This document shows, piece by piece, positions 8,875-17,995 of a DNA stretch of 64,000 nucleotides. Each line of letters starts with the position of its first letter. Within the stretch, counting starts at the first letter, position 1. The translations under genes and the position numbers were made by a program. Origin of the DNA: Minisyncoccota bacterium (GTDB lineage Bacteria; Patescibacteriota; Minisyncoccia; Phycocordibacterales; UBA9973); NCBI GenBank assembly GCA_041664285.1, contig JBAYLA010000004.1, positions 3,171-67,170 on the forward strand, in the 5' to 3' direction. The notes beneath the pieces were generated by a model, which saw only the letters and a list, made by a program, of their open reading frames with translations, did not search any database and had not been told where the DNA came from.

Positions 8875-11800
8875 CTAAACAACTATATTGATAAGTCTAT
8901 TTTTAACATAAAATACTTTTTTTACTTCCCTGTCTGCTAGTTGCTTCAAAACAACTTCATTGGAAATTACCTGCTTTTTGATATCTTCCTCGCTGTCATC
9001 TATTTTTATCATAATTTCAGTTCTAACTTTACCATTTACCTGCACTACAATTTTTATTTCCTCATCTTTAATTTTTGAAAGATCAGGCATTGGCCATGGC
9101 TCTAAATTAATTGATTTCTGATGACCTAATATTTGCCAGAGTTCCTCCACGATATGAGGCGCAAACGGTGAAAGAATTTTTAGAAATTTTTCGTAAGCAA
9201 TCTGTGAGATAGATTCAAGCTTCCCGACCTCGTTAATAAAAATCATCAAAGTAGAAATAGCTGTATTAAATTTCATTTCTTCTATATCAGAGCTCACTTT
9301 CTTTATTGCCTTCTCAATTTCAAACTCAACGTATTTTTTATTTTTTTGTACTTTAGATTGAAGATTCCAAATACGTTCTAAAAATCTTCTAGGACCAATG
9401 ATAGCTTCTTCGCTCCAGGCAACCGACTGACTAAAAGGCCCCATGAACATTTCATAAAGACGTAGGGTGTCTGCACCGTATGTTTTTACTATATCGTCTG
9501 GATTAATCACATTTCCCAAGCTTTTAGACATTTTTGCACCTCCCTCACCCAAGATCATTCCGTGGGAAGTACGCTTTTGATATGGTTCAGATGTTGGCAC
9601 AAGCTTTAAATCAAAAAGAAATTTATGCCAAAAACGAGAATACAAAAGATGTAAGGTGGTGTGTTCCATTCCACCATTATACCAATCGACTGGTGTCCAA
9701 TATTTTAAATTTTTCTTTGAGGCAAATTCTTTTTTATTTTTTGAATCAACGTAACGCAAGAAATACCAAGAACTTCCTGCCCAATTTGGCATGGTATCTG
9801 TTTCTCTACGCCCTTTACCTTTACATTTTGGACATTTTACATTGACCCACTTGGAAATATTTGCGAGTGGTGATTCTCCACTATTGGTTGGCTGATAGTT
9901 TTTTACTTTTGGAAGCTCTACCGGCAAATCTTTTTCTGATACTGGCATCCAACCAGTTTCTATTATGGTATTTAAAATCTCTGGCTCTGGACCATTATTT
10001 TGGAAATGAGGAGCAATAGGTTTTTCATATAATATATCTGCGTTCATTATTTCAGCCATTTTTTGTAACTGCCATTCAGGTACAACAGAAAAATCCTTGT
10101 CGGCTAAAATTATTCTTTCCTTGGTTTTTGATATGATTTTTTTAAAATTAAATTTCCAATCAAAACTTCTTTCTACGTCTGGACGTGCTTGGTCTGTAAA
10201 TTCTGGTTTTATAAATCCGTCTACCAGTACTAATTTGGCAATTACAGATTTGGTTTTTTCCGCTAATTTCATTGCTACCACAGCACCTAAACTTACTCCC
10301 ATAATAATCGTATTTTCAGTTAAAACAGTATTTTTTAGTATAAATTCTACTTGCTCTACAACATTTGGCTTGAGAGGATTTGGTAGAAGTGGTGCATAAA
10401 CTTTATGACCCTGTTTTTCTAATTCCATTTTTAACCATGGAATAAAAAGGTCTTGCCTTTTATATCCATGTAATAAAATATAGTTATATTTTCTATTTTT
10501 ACAGCTTTCGCAATACACTACTGGAATCGGCTCACCCCAATAACGCTGACGAGAAAATACCCAATCACGAAGTTTGAAAGTTGTTTTCTCTTTTCCGCCA
10601 ATAAATTTTACAATCTCCTTGGTAGCTTCTTTGGAATCTAGTTTATTAAATTTTCCAGAATTAACCAAAATTCCATCTTGCGTAAAACACCTTGATTCTA
10701 AGCCTTGAAAAATTCTCCAAGCATGTTTTCCATTTGGAACATTGATAAATTCTTCAACCTCTTCTCTAGGAATCCAAAGTGTTTCGTGTTTATCTTTTTC
10801 CTCTTGAGAAATTTCTTTTCTTGCGTCACTACCTAACTCTAAATATACGGTGTGAAAACGTGTTTTTAAATTTATTTTTCTATTAGGGTGATAAAACTGT
10901 GCATACATAACATGGTCGATATCCTCTGCTTTTTTTATGTCAAAATACCCTGACTCTTCTTCGACTTCACGAATAGCTGAATCAATTATCTTTTCATTAT
11001 TTTCAATTCCCCCGGTAATAAAAATGTTCCAGGGAGCATTTTTCCATTTTAAGCAAAGATATTTATCTTCTTTCCAATGTTTTACAATAGCAAAGATTGC
11101 CTCTTTGTCTTTTGTTGGTAACTCCGGCCTGAAAGCATCAACACCAGTCTGAGCATATTCTATAGGTTCAATCACTTTTCTAATCGACAAATTAAATTTC
11201 TTCGCGAATTCAAAATCCCTTTCGTCGTGTGCTGGCACGGCCATTATTGCTCCAGTACCATAACTAGCAAGCACATAATCAGCTATCCAAATTGGAATTT
11301 CCTCTTGTGTTGCAGGGTTAATAACCTTAATCCCCTTCAATTCCACGCCTGTTTTTATTTTATCTTCGGTTGTTCTTTCTATGTCAGTTTTACTTTTTAC
11401 TTCTTTTATATATTTTTCAACTTCACTCCAATTTTTAATTTGAGATTTTAATTTTTGGACTAATTCATGGTCTGGCGCAAGAATAACATACGTCGCCCCA
11501 AAAATAGTATCTGGACGAGTAGTGAAAACTTTTATTTTTTCATTGTTGTTTTTTATTTCAAAATCTATTTCCGCTCCCTCGCTCCTGCCTATCCAGTTCC
11601 TCTGCCCAAGTTTAATTTGCGAAAGATAATCTACGGTGTCCAAATCTTTATCAAGCCTATCGGCATATTTGGTAATTGCGAGCATCCATTGTTCTTTTTC
11701 TCTTTTCTCTGTATCTCCACCACAACGCTCACATTTATCATTTACCACCTCTTCATTGGCTAAACCTATTTTACAAGAAAGACACCAATTGATGTAGGAT

Positions 11801-12258
11801 TTTGCTTTATATGCCAAACCTTTTTTCAACAATTGTAAAAATATCCACTGGGTCCATTTGTAATATTTTGGATCAGTAGTATTAATTTCTCGTGACCAAT
11901 CAAAAGAAAAACCAATAGATTTAAGCTGCCGTCTAAAGGTGTCTGTGTTATCCTTGGTAACCTTTATCGGATGAATTCCCGTCTTAATAGCATAATTCTC
12001 TGTCGGCAAACCAAAAGCATCCCAGCCTATCGGGTAAAGTACGTTGTATCCTTCCATCCTGCGTTTACGAGAAATGATGTCCATGGCCGTATTGCTACGG
12101 ATGTGACCCACGTGCATGCCTGCGCCAGATGGATATGGAAACTCAATCAAACCATAAAATTTAGGTTTTTTAGAAAAATTCTTAGCTTCATATACTCCAG
12201 TTTTTTCCCACTCTTTCTGCCATTTTTTTTCAATTTTTTTATGATCATATTCCTTCAT
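8875..12258 (-). CDS. leuS: Leucyl-tRNA synthetase carrying two inserted enzymatic domains
   Basis: Present: the HIGH region (PYPSGAGMHVGH), a zinc knuckle, the CP1 editing domain, KMSKS (GAKMSKSLGNV) and a C-terminal anticodon-binding domain. Total 1127 aa versus about 800-860 aa for typical LeuS. The excess is two in-frame inserted domains listed separately below. Confidence 0.9.
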   Translation of the reverse strand: MKEYDHKKIEKKWQKEWEKTGVYEAKNFSKKPKFYGLIEFPYPSGAGMHVGHIRSNTAMDIISRKRRMEGYNVLYPIGWDAFGLPTENYAIKTGIHPIKVTKDNTDTFRRQLKSIGFSFDWSREINTTDPKYYKWTQWIFLQLLKKGLAYKAKSYINWCLSCKIGLANEEVVNDKCERCGGDTEKREKEQWMLAITKYADRLDKDLDTVDYLSQIKLGQRNWIGRSEGAEIDFEIKNNNEKIKVFTTRPDTIFGATYVILAPDHELVQKLKSQIKNWSEVEKYIKEVKSKTDIERTTEDKIKTGVELKGIKVINPATQEEIPIWIADYVLASYGTGAIMAVPAHDERDFEFAKKFNLSIRKVIEPIEYAQTGVDAFRPELPTKDKEAIFAIVKHWKEDKYLCLKWKNAPWNIFITGGIENNEKIIDSAIREVEEESGYFDIKKAEDIDHVMYAQFYHPNRKINLKTRFHTVYLELGSDARKEISQEEKDKHETLWIPREEVEEFINVPNGKHAWRIFQGLESRCFTQDGILVNSGKFNKLDSKEATKEIVKFIGGKEKTTFKLRDWVFSRQRYWGEPIPVVYCESCKNRKYNYILLHGYKRQDLFIPWLKMELEKQGHKVYAPLLPNPLKPNVVEQVEFILKNTVLTENTIIMGVSLGAVVAMKLAEKTKSVIAKLVLVDGFIKPEFTDQARPDVERSFDWKFNFKKIISKTKERIILADKDFSVVPEWQLQKMAEIMNADILYEKPIAPHFQNNGPEPEILNTIIETGWMPVSEKDLPVELPKVKNYQPTNSGESPLANISKWVNVKCPKCKGKGRRETDTMPNWAGSSWYFLRYVDSKNKKEFASKKNLKYWTPVDWYNGGMEHTTLHLLYSRFWHKFLFDLKLVPTSEPYQKRTSHGMILGEGGAKMSKSLGNVINPDDIVKTYGADTLRLYEMFMGPFSQSVAWSEEAIIGPRRFLERIWNLQSKVQKNKKYVEFEIEKAIKKVSSDIEEMKFNTAISTLMIFINEVGKLESISQIAYEKFLKILSPFAPHIVEELWQILGHQKSINLEPWPMPDLSKIKDEEIKIVVQVNGKVRTEIMIKIDDSEEDIKKQVISNEVVLKQLADREVKKVFYVKNRLINIVV
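9949..10497 (-). other. YdeN/RBBP9-like alpha/beta serine hydrolase domain inserted in LeuS, about residues 588-770
   Basis: YILLHGYKRQDLFIPWLKMELEKQGHKVYAPLLP....TIIMGVSLGAVVAM (GxSxG nucleophile)....LVDGF....ADKDFSVVPE....PHF. It sits between RYWGEPIPVVYCESC and the conserved EKDLPVELP segment. A canonical LeuS has only a few residues here. Confidence 0.7.
10699..11145 (-). other. Nudix hydrolase domain inserted in LeuS, about residues 372-520
   Basis: Nudix box GGIENNEKIIDSAIREVEEESGY matches G-x5-E-x7-REUxEExGU. It sits between the end of the CP1 editing domain (VPAHDERDFEFAKKF) and the conserved LVNSG...KLRDW...RQRYWGEPIP segment. Confidence 0.75.
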
Positions 12259-12275
12259 ATATCATCTCATCATAA

Positions 12276-12315
12276 CCAAAAAATCACTTTTTTGCAAAAG
12301 TGATTTTTTGGTTTA
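12276..12315 (-). terminator. Rho-independent terminator hairpin
   Basis: Perfect 16-bp stem ccaaaaaatcactttt/aaaagtgattttttgg with a 4-nt loop, flanked by T-rich sequence. Lies between the membrane-protein gene (12338..13405) and the leuS start. Could act bidirectionally. Confidence 0.6.
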
Positions 12316-12337
12316 AGAAATCTCTTTAAGATAAATC

Positions 12338-13405
12338 TTATTGAGTTGGTGCTGGAGCTGATACGGGAGTTGGTGTGGGGTATGATAATACCGGTTTGGA
12401 GTAAATATTTGGATTTATAGTCTCTGAAAAACAATAGTGTCCAGCCGGATGAGTCCAAGATTTTGAGGAATAGGTATTAAAATTATTTTTATCATTTGAT
12501 TCTTTGTTGAATTCTGCACAAAGATTATAAGTTAGATTCCCTGTCTTTTGATATTCATATGGTTTTTGACTTTGAGGATCAAGAATGCCAGGAATATAAT
12601 AATCTCCTTTATATATTTGTTCTAGTCTGTCTGGTAAATTTCCAAATCCTGAATAATAGTTTTCAATTGCATTATTCATATTCCGCAAATCACTAACTTT
12701 TTGTTCATCGTATTTTAATAATTGTTGTGTTCGAGGAGAACCAAGAATAAAGAATCCCCAGGTTATACAAGCAAGAATTACTAAAGCAGAACTAACTGTC
12801 CAAGCTTTTCGATAAGTGCTATTTGTTTTTCCTAATACATCATAGATATAATAAAAGAAAATCGCCAGGGCTATTACTAAAACCGATAAAACTTTTAAAA
12901 TAAAACCCGTTGTAATATCCTGACCATCTATGAAAAAGTATAAAACCGTAACTAAATCTCCAGCCAAAACAAATCCTGAAACAAAAAGAGTTATGTAGGT
13001 CAACCATTTACGGATACCTATATTTCTTTTTTCTGGTTCTATGGAATAATTTCTCTCTAAAAGCCACATCAAAAAAACATAAACGGGAAAGAAAATGATA
13101 AGAGAAGCTACTGGAAAACTAATAGAATAACTTCCGTAGTAATTATAACCAGTAGTAAGTGGATAAGCTTTATTGATTATTGTAAACAAAAGACTAAGAA
13201 GGTTACCAACAAAAAAACCGAGAGCGATAATAGCACCTAAGTTTATAAAAAAATCTTTAGCACTTGTTTTTGTTTGTGTTTGTGTTTCCATATTTGTTAA
13301 ATTAACGATAATAATAAAAATAACAATGATTATTATAATAATACCACCCAAAATAAACATATGTCTATTGTACCATATCTCTACTCCAAACGGCTGTATT
13401 AGCAA
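12338..13405 (-). CDS. Polytopic membrane protein with a C-terminal extracellular domain and a Pro/Thr-rich tail
   Basis: Several TM helices then a soluble domain ending in PTPTPVSAPAPTQ. The real start may be an internal Met (METQTQ...). Confidence 0.45.
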   Translation of the reverse strand: MLIQPFGVEIWYNRHMFILGGIIIIIIVIFIIIVNLTNMETQTQTKTSAKDFFINLGAIIALGFFVGNLLSLLFTIINKAYPLTTGYNYYGSYSISFPVASLIIFFPVYVFLMWLLERNYSIEPEKRNIGIRKWLTYITLFVSGFVLAGDLVTVLYFFIDGQDITTGFILKVLSVLVIALAIFFYYIYDVLGKTNSTYRKAWTVSSALVILACITWGFFILGSPRTQQLLKYDEQKVSDLRNMNNAIENYYSGFGNLPDRLEQIYKGDYYIPGILDPQSQKPYEYQKTGNLTYNLCAEFNKESNDKNNFNTYSSKSWTHPAGHYCFSETINPNIYSKPVLSYPTPTPVSAPAPTQ

Positions 13406-14348
13406 GAGATACTATGCGATTATTTGATTTTTCTAAGACACAAAGTTCGCCAGCTTCAATATTACCCTTAAAATCAGCCATTGTATCGGCTAGCGCGTAT
13501 CCTAAAGAAAGTGACGAAGAATCAACTGCGTAAGAAGTCAAAATAACGAAAAGTGGTTTGTCGCTTAAAACTTTTCGTACTTGTAAAAGAAGCCTTGGGA
13601 GCATCTCCTCAATTTTCCATATTTCTCCTTTAGGTCCTCTGCCAAACTTAGGCGGATCCATGATAATTGCATCATATCTGTTCCCTCTTTTTTCTTCTCT
13701 CTCTAAAAATTTTAAAACGTCATCTTCTATTATCCGCATAGGTGCTTCAGCTAATTCAGTATTTAATTTTTGATTTTCTTTTGCCCAAGCTAAAGTTTGT
13801 TTCGAAGCATCTAAATGAGTAACTTCTGCACCAGCCCGCAGAGCAAAAAGACTTGCTACTCCGGTGTAACCAAATAAATTTAAAAACTTAAGCCCAGAAG
13901 AATAAGGAAAATTCTGTCCGTGTCGGAGCCCGCTTGCGGGTAAAGCGGCAGAATTTTCTTTATTCTTTAGGGCTTGCTTAATCTTATCCTCAATAAAATC
14001 CCAATGACTCGCCTGCTCTGGAAAAAATCCCAAATGTCGAAAAGGTGTCGGGGAAGCAAAAAATTTTATACCTTTGTATTCCATCTCCCATTTTGATTCT
14101 ATTTTTTTATCTATTTTCCAACCCGCTTTTGCTCCAACTTTGGAACTCCAAAATTTTCCGTTTGCTTTTGCCCACTTCTCTTTCATTTCTATAGCCTTTG
14201 GCCATACGGCATCTTCGTATGGACGCACAAAAATATATTTGCCGAATCTTTCTAGCTTCTCCCCTGCACCCGTATCCAAGAGTTCATACCCTATCTTGTC
14301 CAGAGCAGAGCTAAGCGACCAATCTTTTGAATAAAAAAGTTTTATCAT
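13365..14348 (-). CDS. Class I SAM-dependent RNA methyltransferase, RlmI/RlmK-like
   Basis: Rossmann SAM-binding motif LNLFGYTGVASLFAL and a DPPKF catalytic motif (IIMDPPKFGRG), typical of RlmI-type rRNA methyltransferases. Confidence 0.6.
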   Translation of the reverse strand: MIKLFYSKDWSLSSALDKIGYELLDTGAGEKLERFGKYIFVRPYEDAVWPKAIEMKEKWAKANGKFWSSKVGAKAGWKIDKKIESKWEMEYKGIKFFASPTPFRHLGFFPEQASHWDFIEDKIKQALKNKENSAALPASGLRHGQNFPYSSGLKFLNLFGYTGVASLFALRAGAEVTHLDASKQTLAWAKENQKLNTELAEAPMRIIEDDVLKFLEREEKRGNRYDAIIMDPPKFGRGPKGEIWKIEEMLPRLLLQVRKVLSDKPLFVILTSYAVDSSSLSLGYALADTMADFKGNIEAGELCVLEKSNNRIVSLANTAVWSRDMVQ

Positions 14349-14358
14349 AATTTGTTAT

Positions 14359-15465
14359 TTATATTTTAGCACGATAAACGCCCTGTAAGTAGGAAGCCAT
14401 AGGAAGCAGTAAACAGATAATTGATACCACCATCAAACTTGCTTTTGGAGAAGATGTTAAATAAAAAACCAGCAAAGTAATTGAAATTGTTGCGAGATAT
14501 CCCATATTTAAATATATCTCTCTTAAGACCATTGTTTTTTCAACCCCAATATCCTTATAATAATCTAAATTAAAAGTAAGCCAAAATGGATTAACTAAAT
14601 TTATGCAAAGGCTACTAATGCCCGCAAAGATACCCCAGTAATAAACATTATTCACAAAAGCTAAAGGTAAAAAACTAAACACTGTCAAAAAAGAAAGTAC
14701 GTAAAAAAACATTTTTCTATTTTTTATTTTATCCGATATATATCCATTAAGCACAGAAGCAATTGCGGCCAATAAAGCCAGATATCCGAAAAAGTTCCCA
14801 AAGTCTCTTGGAGTTTTTATAAAAAACAAAGTAAAAATTGGAACTAAAGCCCAACTAATTCTTGAAGACATGCCTTGGAAAAAAGTAGACCAATTAAATT
14901 TATTTTCCAGAAAATATTTCTTGGTATTTATTTCATACTCAAAAGAAGGTAGAAATTTAATAAGTATAGTAGGAATAATATAAGAAAAAACCCCAATCCA
15001 AAATACAGTTTCAAAATTAAATTTCTCAGCTATAATACCAGCCAATGGTTGAAAAGTTATACCGATTATTGGAGTAATTAAAAAATACATTCCACTATTA
15101 AGTCCACGCTTCTCGTCATCGCTATATTTAAAAAACATTATATTACAAGGAATCCAGAAAAATATAACATTTAATCCAGAAAATAATCCTGATAGATAAA
15201 GTTGATACGGGCCAAAGATTTTTATTAAAATTAGAACGCTCAAGGCACTAAACAACAAACCCCAAAAAATAGAAGCTTTAGCATTTATTTTTATTTTTTG
15301 GGAAAATAATATCCCCAATAAAGCAACGCCAAACGTAACTATGTAATATATGAGTAATTCATTAAAACCAAACCCATTTTTAGAAAGCCACAAGACAACA
15401 AGCGTCTGCGCAAAATACATTGACACCATATAAGTAAAAAAGAAAAAATAAATTCGTTTAAGCAT
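14359..15465 (-). CDS. MFS-type transporter (putative)
   Basis: 368 aa with about 12 hydrophobic segments. No soluble domains. Confidence 0.45.
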   Translation of the reverse strand: MLKRIYFFFFTYMVSMYFAQTLVVLWLSKNGFGFNELLIYYIVTFGVALLGILFSQKIKINAKASIFWGLLFSALSVLILIKIFGPYQLYLSGLFSGLNVIFFWIPCNIMFFKYSDDEKRGLNSGMYFLITPIIGITFQPLAGIIAEKFNFETVFWIGVFSYIIPTILIKFLPSFEYEINTKKYFLENKFNWSTFFQGMSSRISWALVPIFTLFFIKTPRDFGNFFGYLALLAAIASVLNGYISDKIKNRKMFFYVLSFLTVFSFLPLAFVNNVYYWGIFAGISSLCINLVNPFWLTFNLDYYKDIGVEKTMVLREIYLNMGYLATISITLLVFYLTSSPKASLMVVSIICLLLPMASYLQGVYRAKI

Positions 15466-16342
15466 GGTTGGATTTCAATTTAAGATTGTTAGTTAACAAT
15501 AACACACCAAAGAAAAATGGCACCAGAGAAGCAATTTGCCACACTGTTGGCACTTGATGTAATAACACCCAGGCAATAAATAATGTAAAGAGCGGACCCA
15601 TACTACCGATAGCATTTGCTTTCGTCACAGAAATGCGCGTAATTCCTTCAAGCCAGAAAATTTTTGAAAGTCCTAAGAGAATAAAGCCGTTCAAGATTAA
15701 AAATAAGAAAGATTCTTTTAATTGATTTATCTGTAAATGCTGTCCGAATAGATAAGCAATGCCAAGTAAAAATGGAGTGGCTAATATACTACGAAGAAAT
15801 AAGATGGATTCAGTTGAAGCAATGATTTTCGCTTTTTGTTGGAAAAAATTTCCTATGGGAGCAAAAAAGGTTGCTATGAGAATAAATAAATCTCCGAAAT
15901 TTACAGATGAAAAATTCGGAAACAATATTATAACAGCTCCAATAAGCATTAACATAGATCCAATTTTAGATTCGAGGGAAAAAGATTCTTTCCTTAAAAC
16001 TTGAAAAAAAATATAAGAAGAAAAAATCTCAAATAAAATAATAATACTAGCATTTCCTGGTGTAGTTTTTGTAAGGCCAAAATAATAAAAAACGTAAAAT
16101 AAAATACCAATAAAAAATACAGTATAGGCCACATATTTCCACAGAAGCAGATTTTTTAATTCGTCTAATTTGTTTTTATAAAGAACAATAATAAAGAAAA
16201 AAATACTAGACAAAAAAGTGCTGACAGCAAGCGAAATCATGCTTGGGACCGCCTTATACGATAAAACAGTAATCACTGGAAACAAGCTCCAGAGTGCTAC
16301 TTCGCCAAATATAAATAATTCTCCCTTTCTTTCTTGAAGCAT
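15458..16342 (-). CDS. DMT-superfamily (EamA-like) transporter
   Basis: 294 aa, 10 TM segments, duplicated EamA-like halves. Confidence 0.55.
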   Translation of the reverse strand: MLQERKGELFIFGEVALWSLFPVITVLSYKAVPSMISLAVSTFLSSIFFFIIVLYKNKLDELKNLLLWKYVAYTVFFIGILFYVFYYFGLTKTTPGNASIIILFEIFSSYIFFQVLRKESFSLESKIGSMLMLIGAVIILFPNFSSVNFGDLFILIATFFAPIGNFFQQKAKIIASTESILFLRSILATPFLLGIAYLFGQHLQINQLKESFLFLILNGFILLGLSKIFWLEGITRISVTKANAIGSMGPLFTLFIAWVLLHQVPTVWQIASLVPFFFGVLLLTNNLKLKSNHA

Positions 16343-16355
16343 AAAATAATTCTAC

Positions 16356-16961
16356 CTACAAAACATTTAAATCTTTTAACTTAATTTTTAAATCTTCAAC
16401 ATCCTTAAATAAAATAGGAGCATAGCCAATACTTTCCGCTCCAATTAAAGATTGTTTTGCGTCATCTATAAAAATCACTTCATTTTTTTTAACACTAAGT
16501 TGACTAAATAAAATCTCAAAAATTTCTGGTTGAGGTTTTTGATAATTAACTTCACTAGAAATAACTACCGCATCAAATAAATCAATTAGCTTTAGGTCGA
16601 TAAGTTCTTGTCTTAATTTAATATAATTATTGCTTAATAAGCCGATTTTATAATTTTTATTTTTTAAATCTTTTATTATTTCTATAAGTTTCAAATTTAT
16701 TTGTCTTTCCTTTCTATTGTCTTTCTGTAATTTAAGTACATGAGATATTTGGTCATCAGAAGCACCTAGTTCTTTGGCGGTAAGTGCAAAAACCTCTTCA
16801 TAGCTTTTCTTGCCAGTATTACATAAATAATTTAGAGAAAAATATACTTTTTGCCAGTCTTCTTGAGAAATTTGCAAATATTTTGTTATATTTTTAGTTA
16901 AACCTCTTTTTATTATTTCTATAACCCCACCGTAATCAAATACAATTGCTTTATATTTCAT
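16356..16961 (-). CDS. HAD-superfamily hydrolase
   Basis: N-terminal motif I FDYGGV (DxG), motif III K, and a C-terminal FIDD motif IV. Confidence 0.65.
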   Translation of the reverse strand: MKYKAIVFDYGGVIEIIKRGLTKNITKYLQISQEDWQKVYFSLNYLCNTGKKSYEEVFALTAKELGASDDQISHVLKLQKDNRKERQINLKLIEIIKDLKNKNYKIGLLSNNYIKLRQELIDLKLIDLFDAVVISSEVNYQKPQPEIFEILFSQLSVKKNEVIFIDDAKQSLIGAESIGYAPILFKDVEDLKIKLKDLNVL

Positions 16962-16964
16962 AAA

Positions 16965-17954
16965 TTAAATTAGAAATTCTATAACATCTCCATCTTTAAC
17001 AATATATTCTTTGCCTTCGGTGCGAATTAAGCCCTTAGCTTTGGCATTAGCACGAGAGCCTGAATCTAATAAGTCCTTCCAATTTATCACTTCTGCCCGA
17101 ATAAATTTTTCTTTAAAATCGGTATGGATGGCCATCCCTGCTATTGGCGCAGTAGAACCTATTTTAATAGTCCAAGCCCTCGTCTCATCTTCTCCAGTGG
17201 TTAAAAAAGTTTCAAGACCTAAAAGTTTATAACTTTGTTTTATTAATTCATCAAAACCTTTTTCGAAAACAGGGTCTACTTTTACAGAGAGTCCAGAAAT
17301 TTTTACATCTATATTTTCATTTGCTTCTGAAGTATTTAAAACATAAAGCATTGGTTTTAAGGTAAGTAAATTTAAGGATTTTATTTTAAATTTTTCGTCA
17401 TCATTTAAATTTGCTTCTATCGCCATTTTACCCTCCTCAAAAACTTTCTCTAACTTTTTTAAAATATTTTCTTCCGCAATAGCTTCTTTGTCGCCTTTCT
17501 TTAAATCTTTTCCTAAGGTCCCAAGTCTTTTTGAAACTGTTTCAAAATCAGCTAAAACAAGCTCGAGATTTATCACTCCAATATCTTGCATCGGGTCAAT
17601 TTTATTAGCCACATGAACGACTGAATTGTCTTCAAATGTTCGTACAACGTGAGCAATAGCGTCTACTTCTCGAATGTTGGTTAAAAATTTATTTCCTAAT
17701 CCTTCTCCTTTTGAGGCTCCTGCTACCAGCCCAGCAATATCCACAAACTCTATAACAGCTGGAATAGCTTTTTTAGATTTTGAAAATTTAAAAAGCAATT
17801 CTACTCGCTCGTCAGGTACCGGAACAATCCCCACTGACGGATCAATGGTACAAAAAGGATAATTTTCAGCCGGCACACTTTTTTTAGTGAGGGCATTAAA
17901 AAGCGTGGACTTTCCTACGTTTGGCAAACCAACTATTCCGATTGAAAGAGACAT
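16965..17954 (-). CDS. ychF: Ribosome-binding ATPase YchF (Obg-family GTPase)
   Basis: IGIVGLPNVGKSTLFNALT....NYPFCTIDP....FVDIAGLVAGASKGEGLGNKFLTNIRE...TGS/C-terminal domain. A near-canonical YchF. Confidence 0.85.
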   Translation of the reverse strand: MSLSIGIVGLPNVGKSTLFNALTKKSVPAENYPFCTIDPSVGIVPVPDERVELLFKFSKSKKAIPAVIEFVDIAGLVAGASKGEGLGNKFLTNIREVDAIAHVVRTFEDNSVVHVANKIDPMQDIGVINLELVLADFETVSKRLGTLGKDLKKGDKEAIAEENILKKLEKVFEEGKMAIEANLNDDEKFKIKSLNLLTLKPMLYVLNTSEANENIDVKISGLSVKVDPVFEKGFDELIKQSYKLLGLETFLTTGEDETRAWTIKIGSTAPIAGMAIHTDFKEKFIRAEVINWKDLLDSGSRANAKAKGLIRTEGKEYIVKDGDVIEFLI

Positions 17955-17995
17955 AAGAAAAATATAACAGAAATTACTTTAGATTCAAAACTTTT

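Noticed and set aside
8875-12258. Possibility that the extra length of leuS is an intein
   Set aside because: The inserted segments have Nudix and alpha/beta-hydrolase signatures. No intein block motifs (no N-terminal Cys/Ser splice junction with a C-terminal HN) and no homing-endonuclease motifs were seen.
13630-13645. 9-mer ggcggatcc shared with the GC double-hairpin element
   Set aside because: Only a 9-nt match inside the methyltransferase gene. This is the expected chance frequency in 64 kb, and it lacks the flanking hairpin arms.
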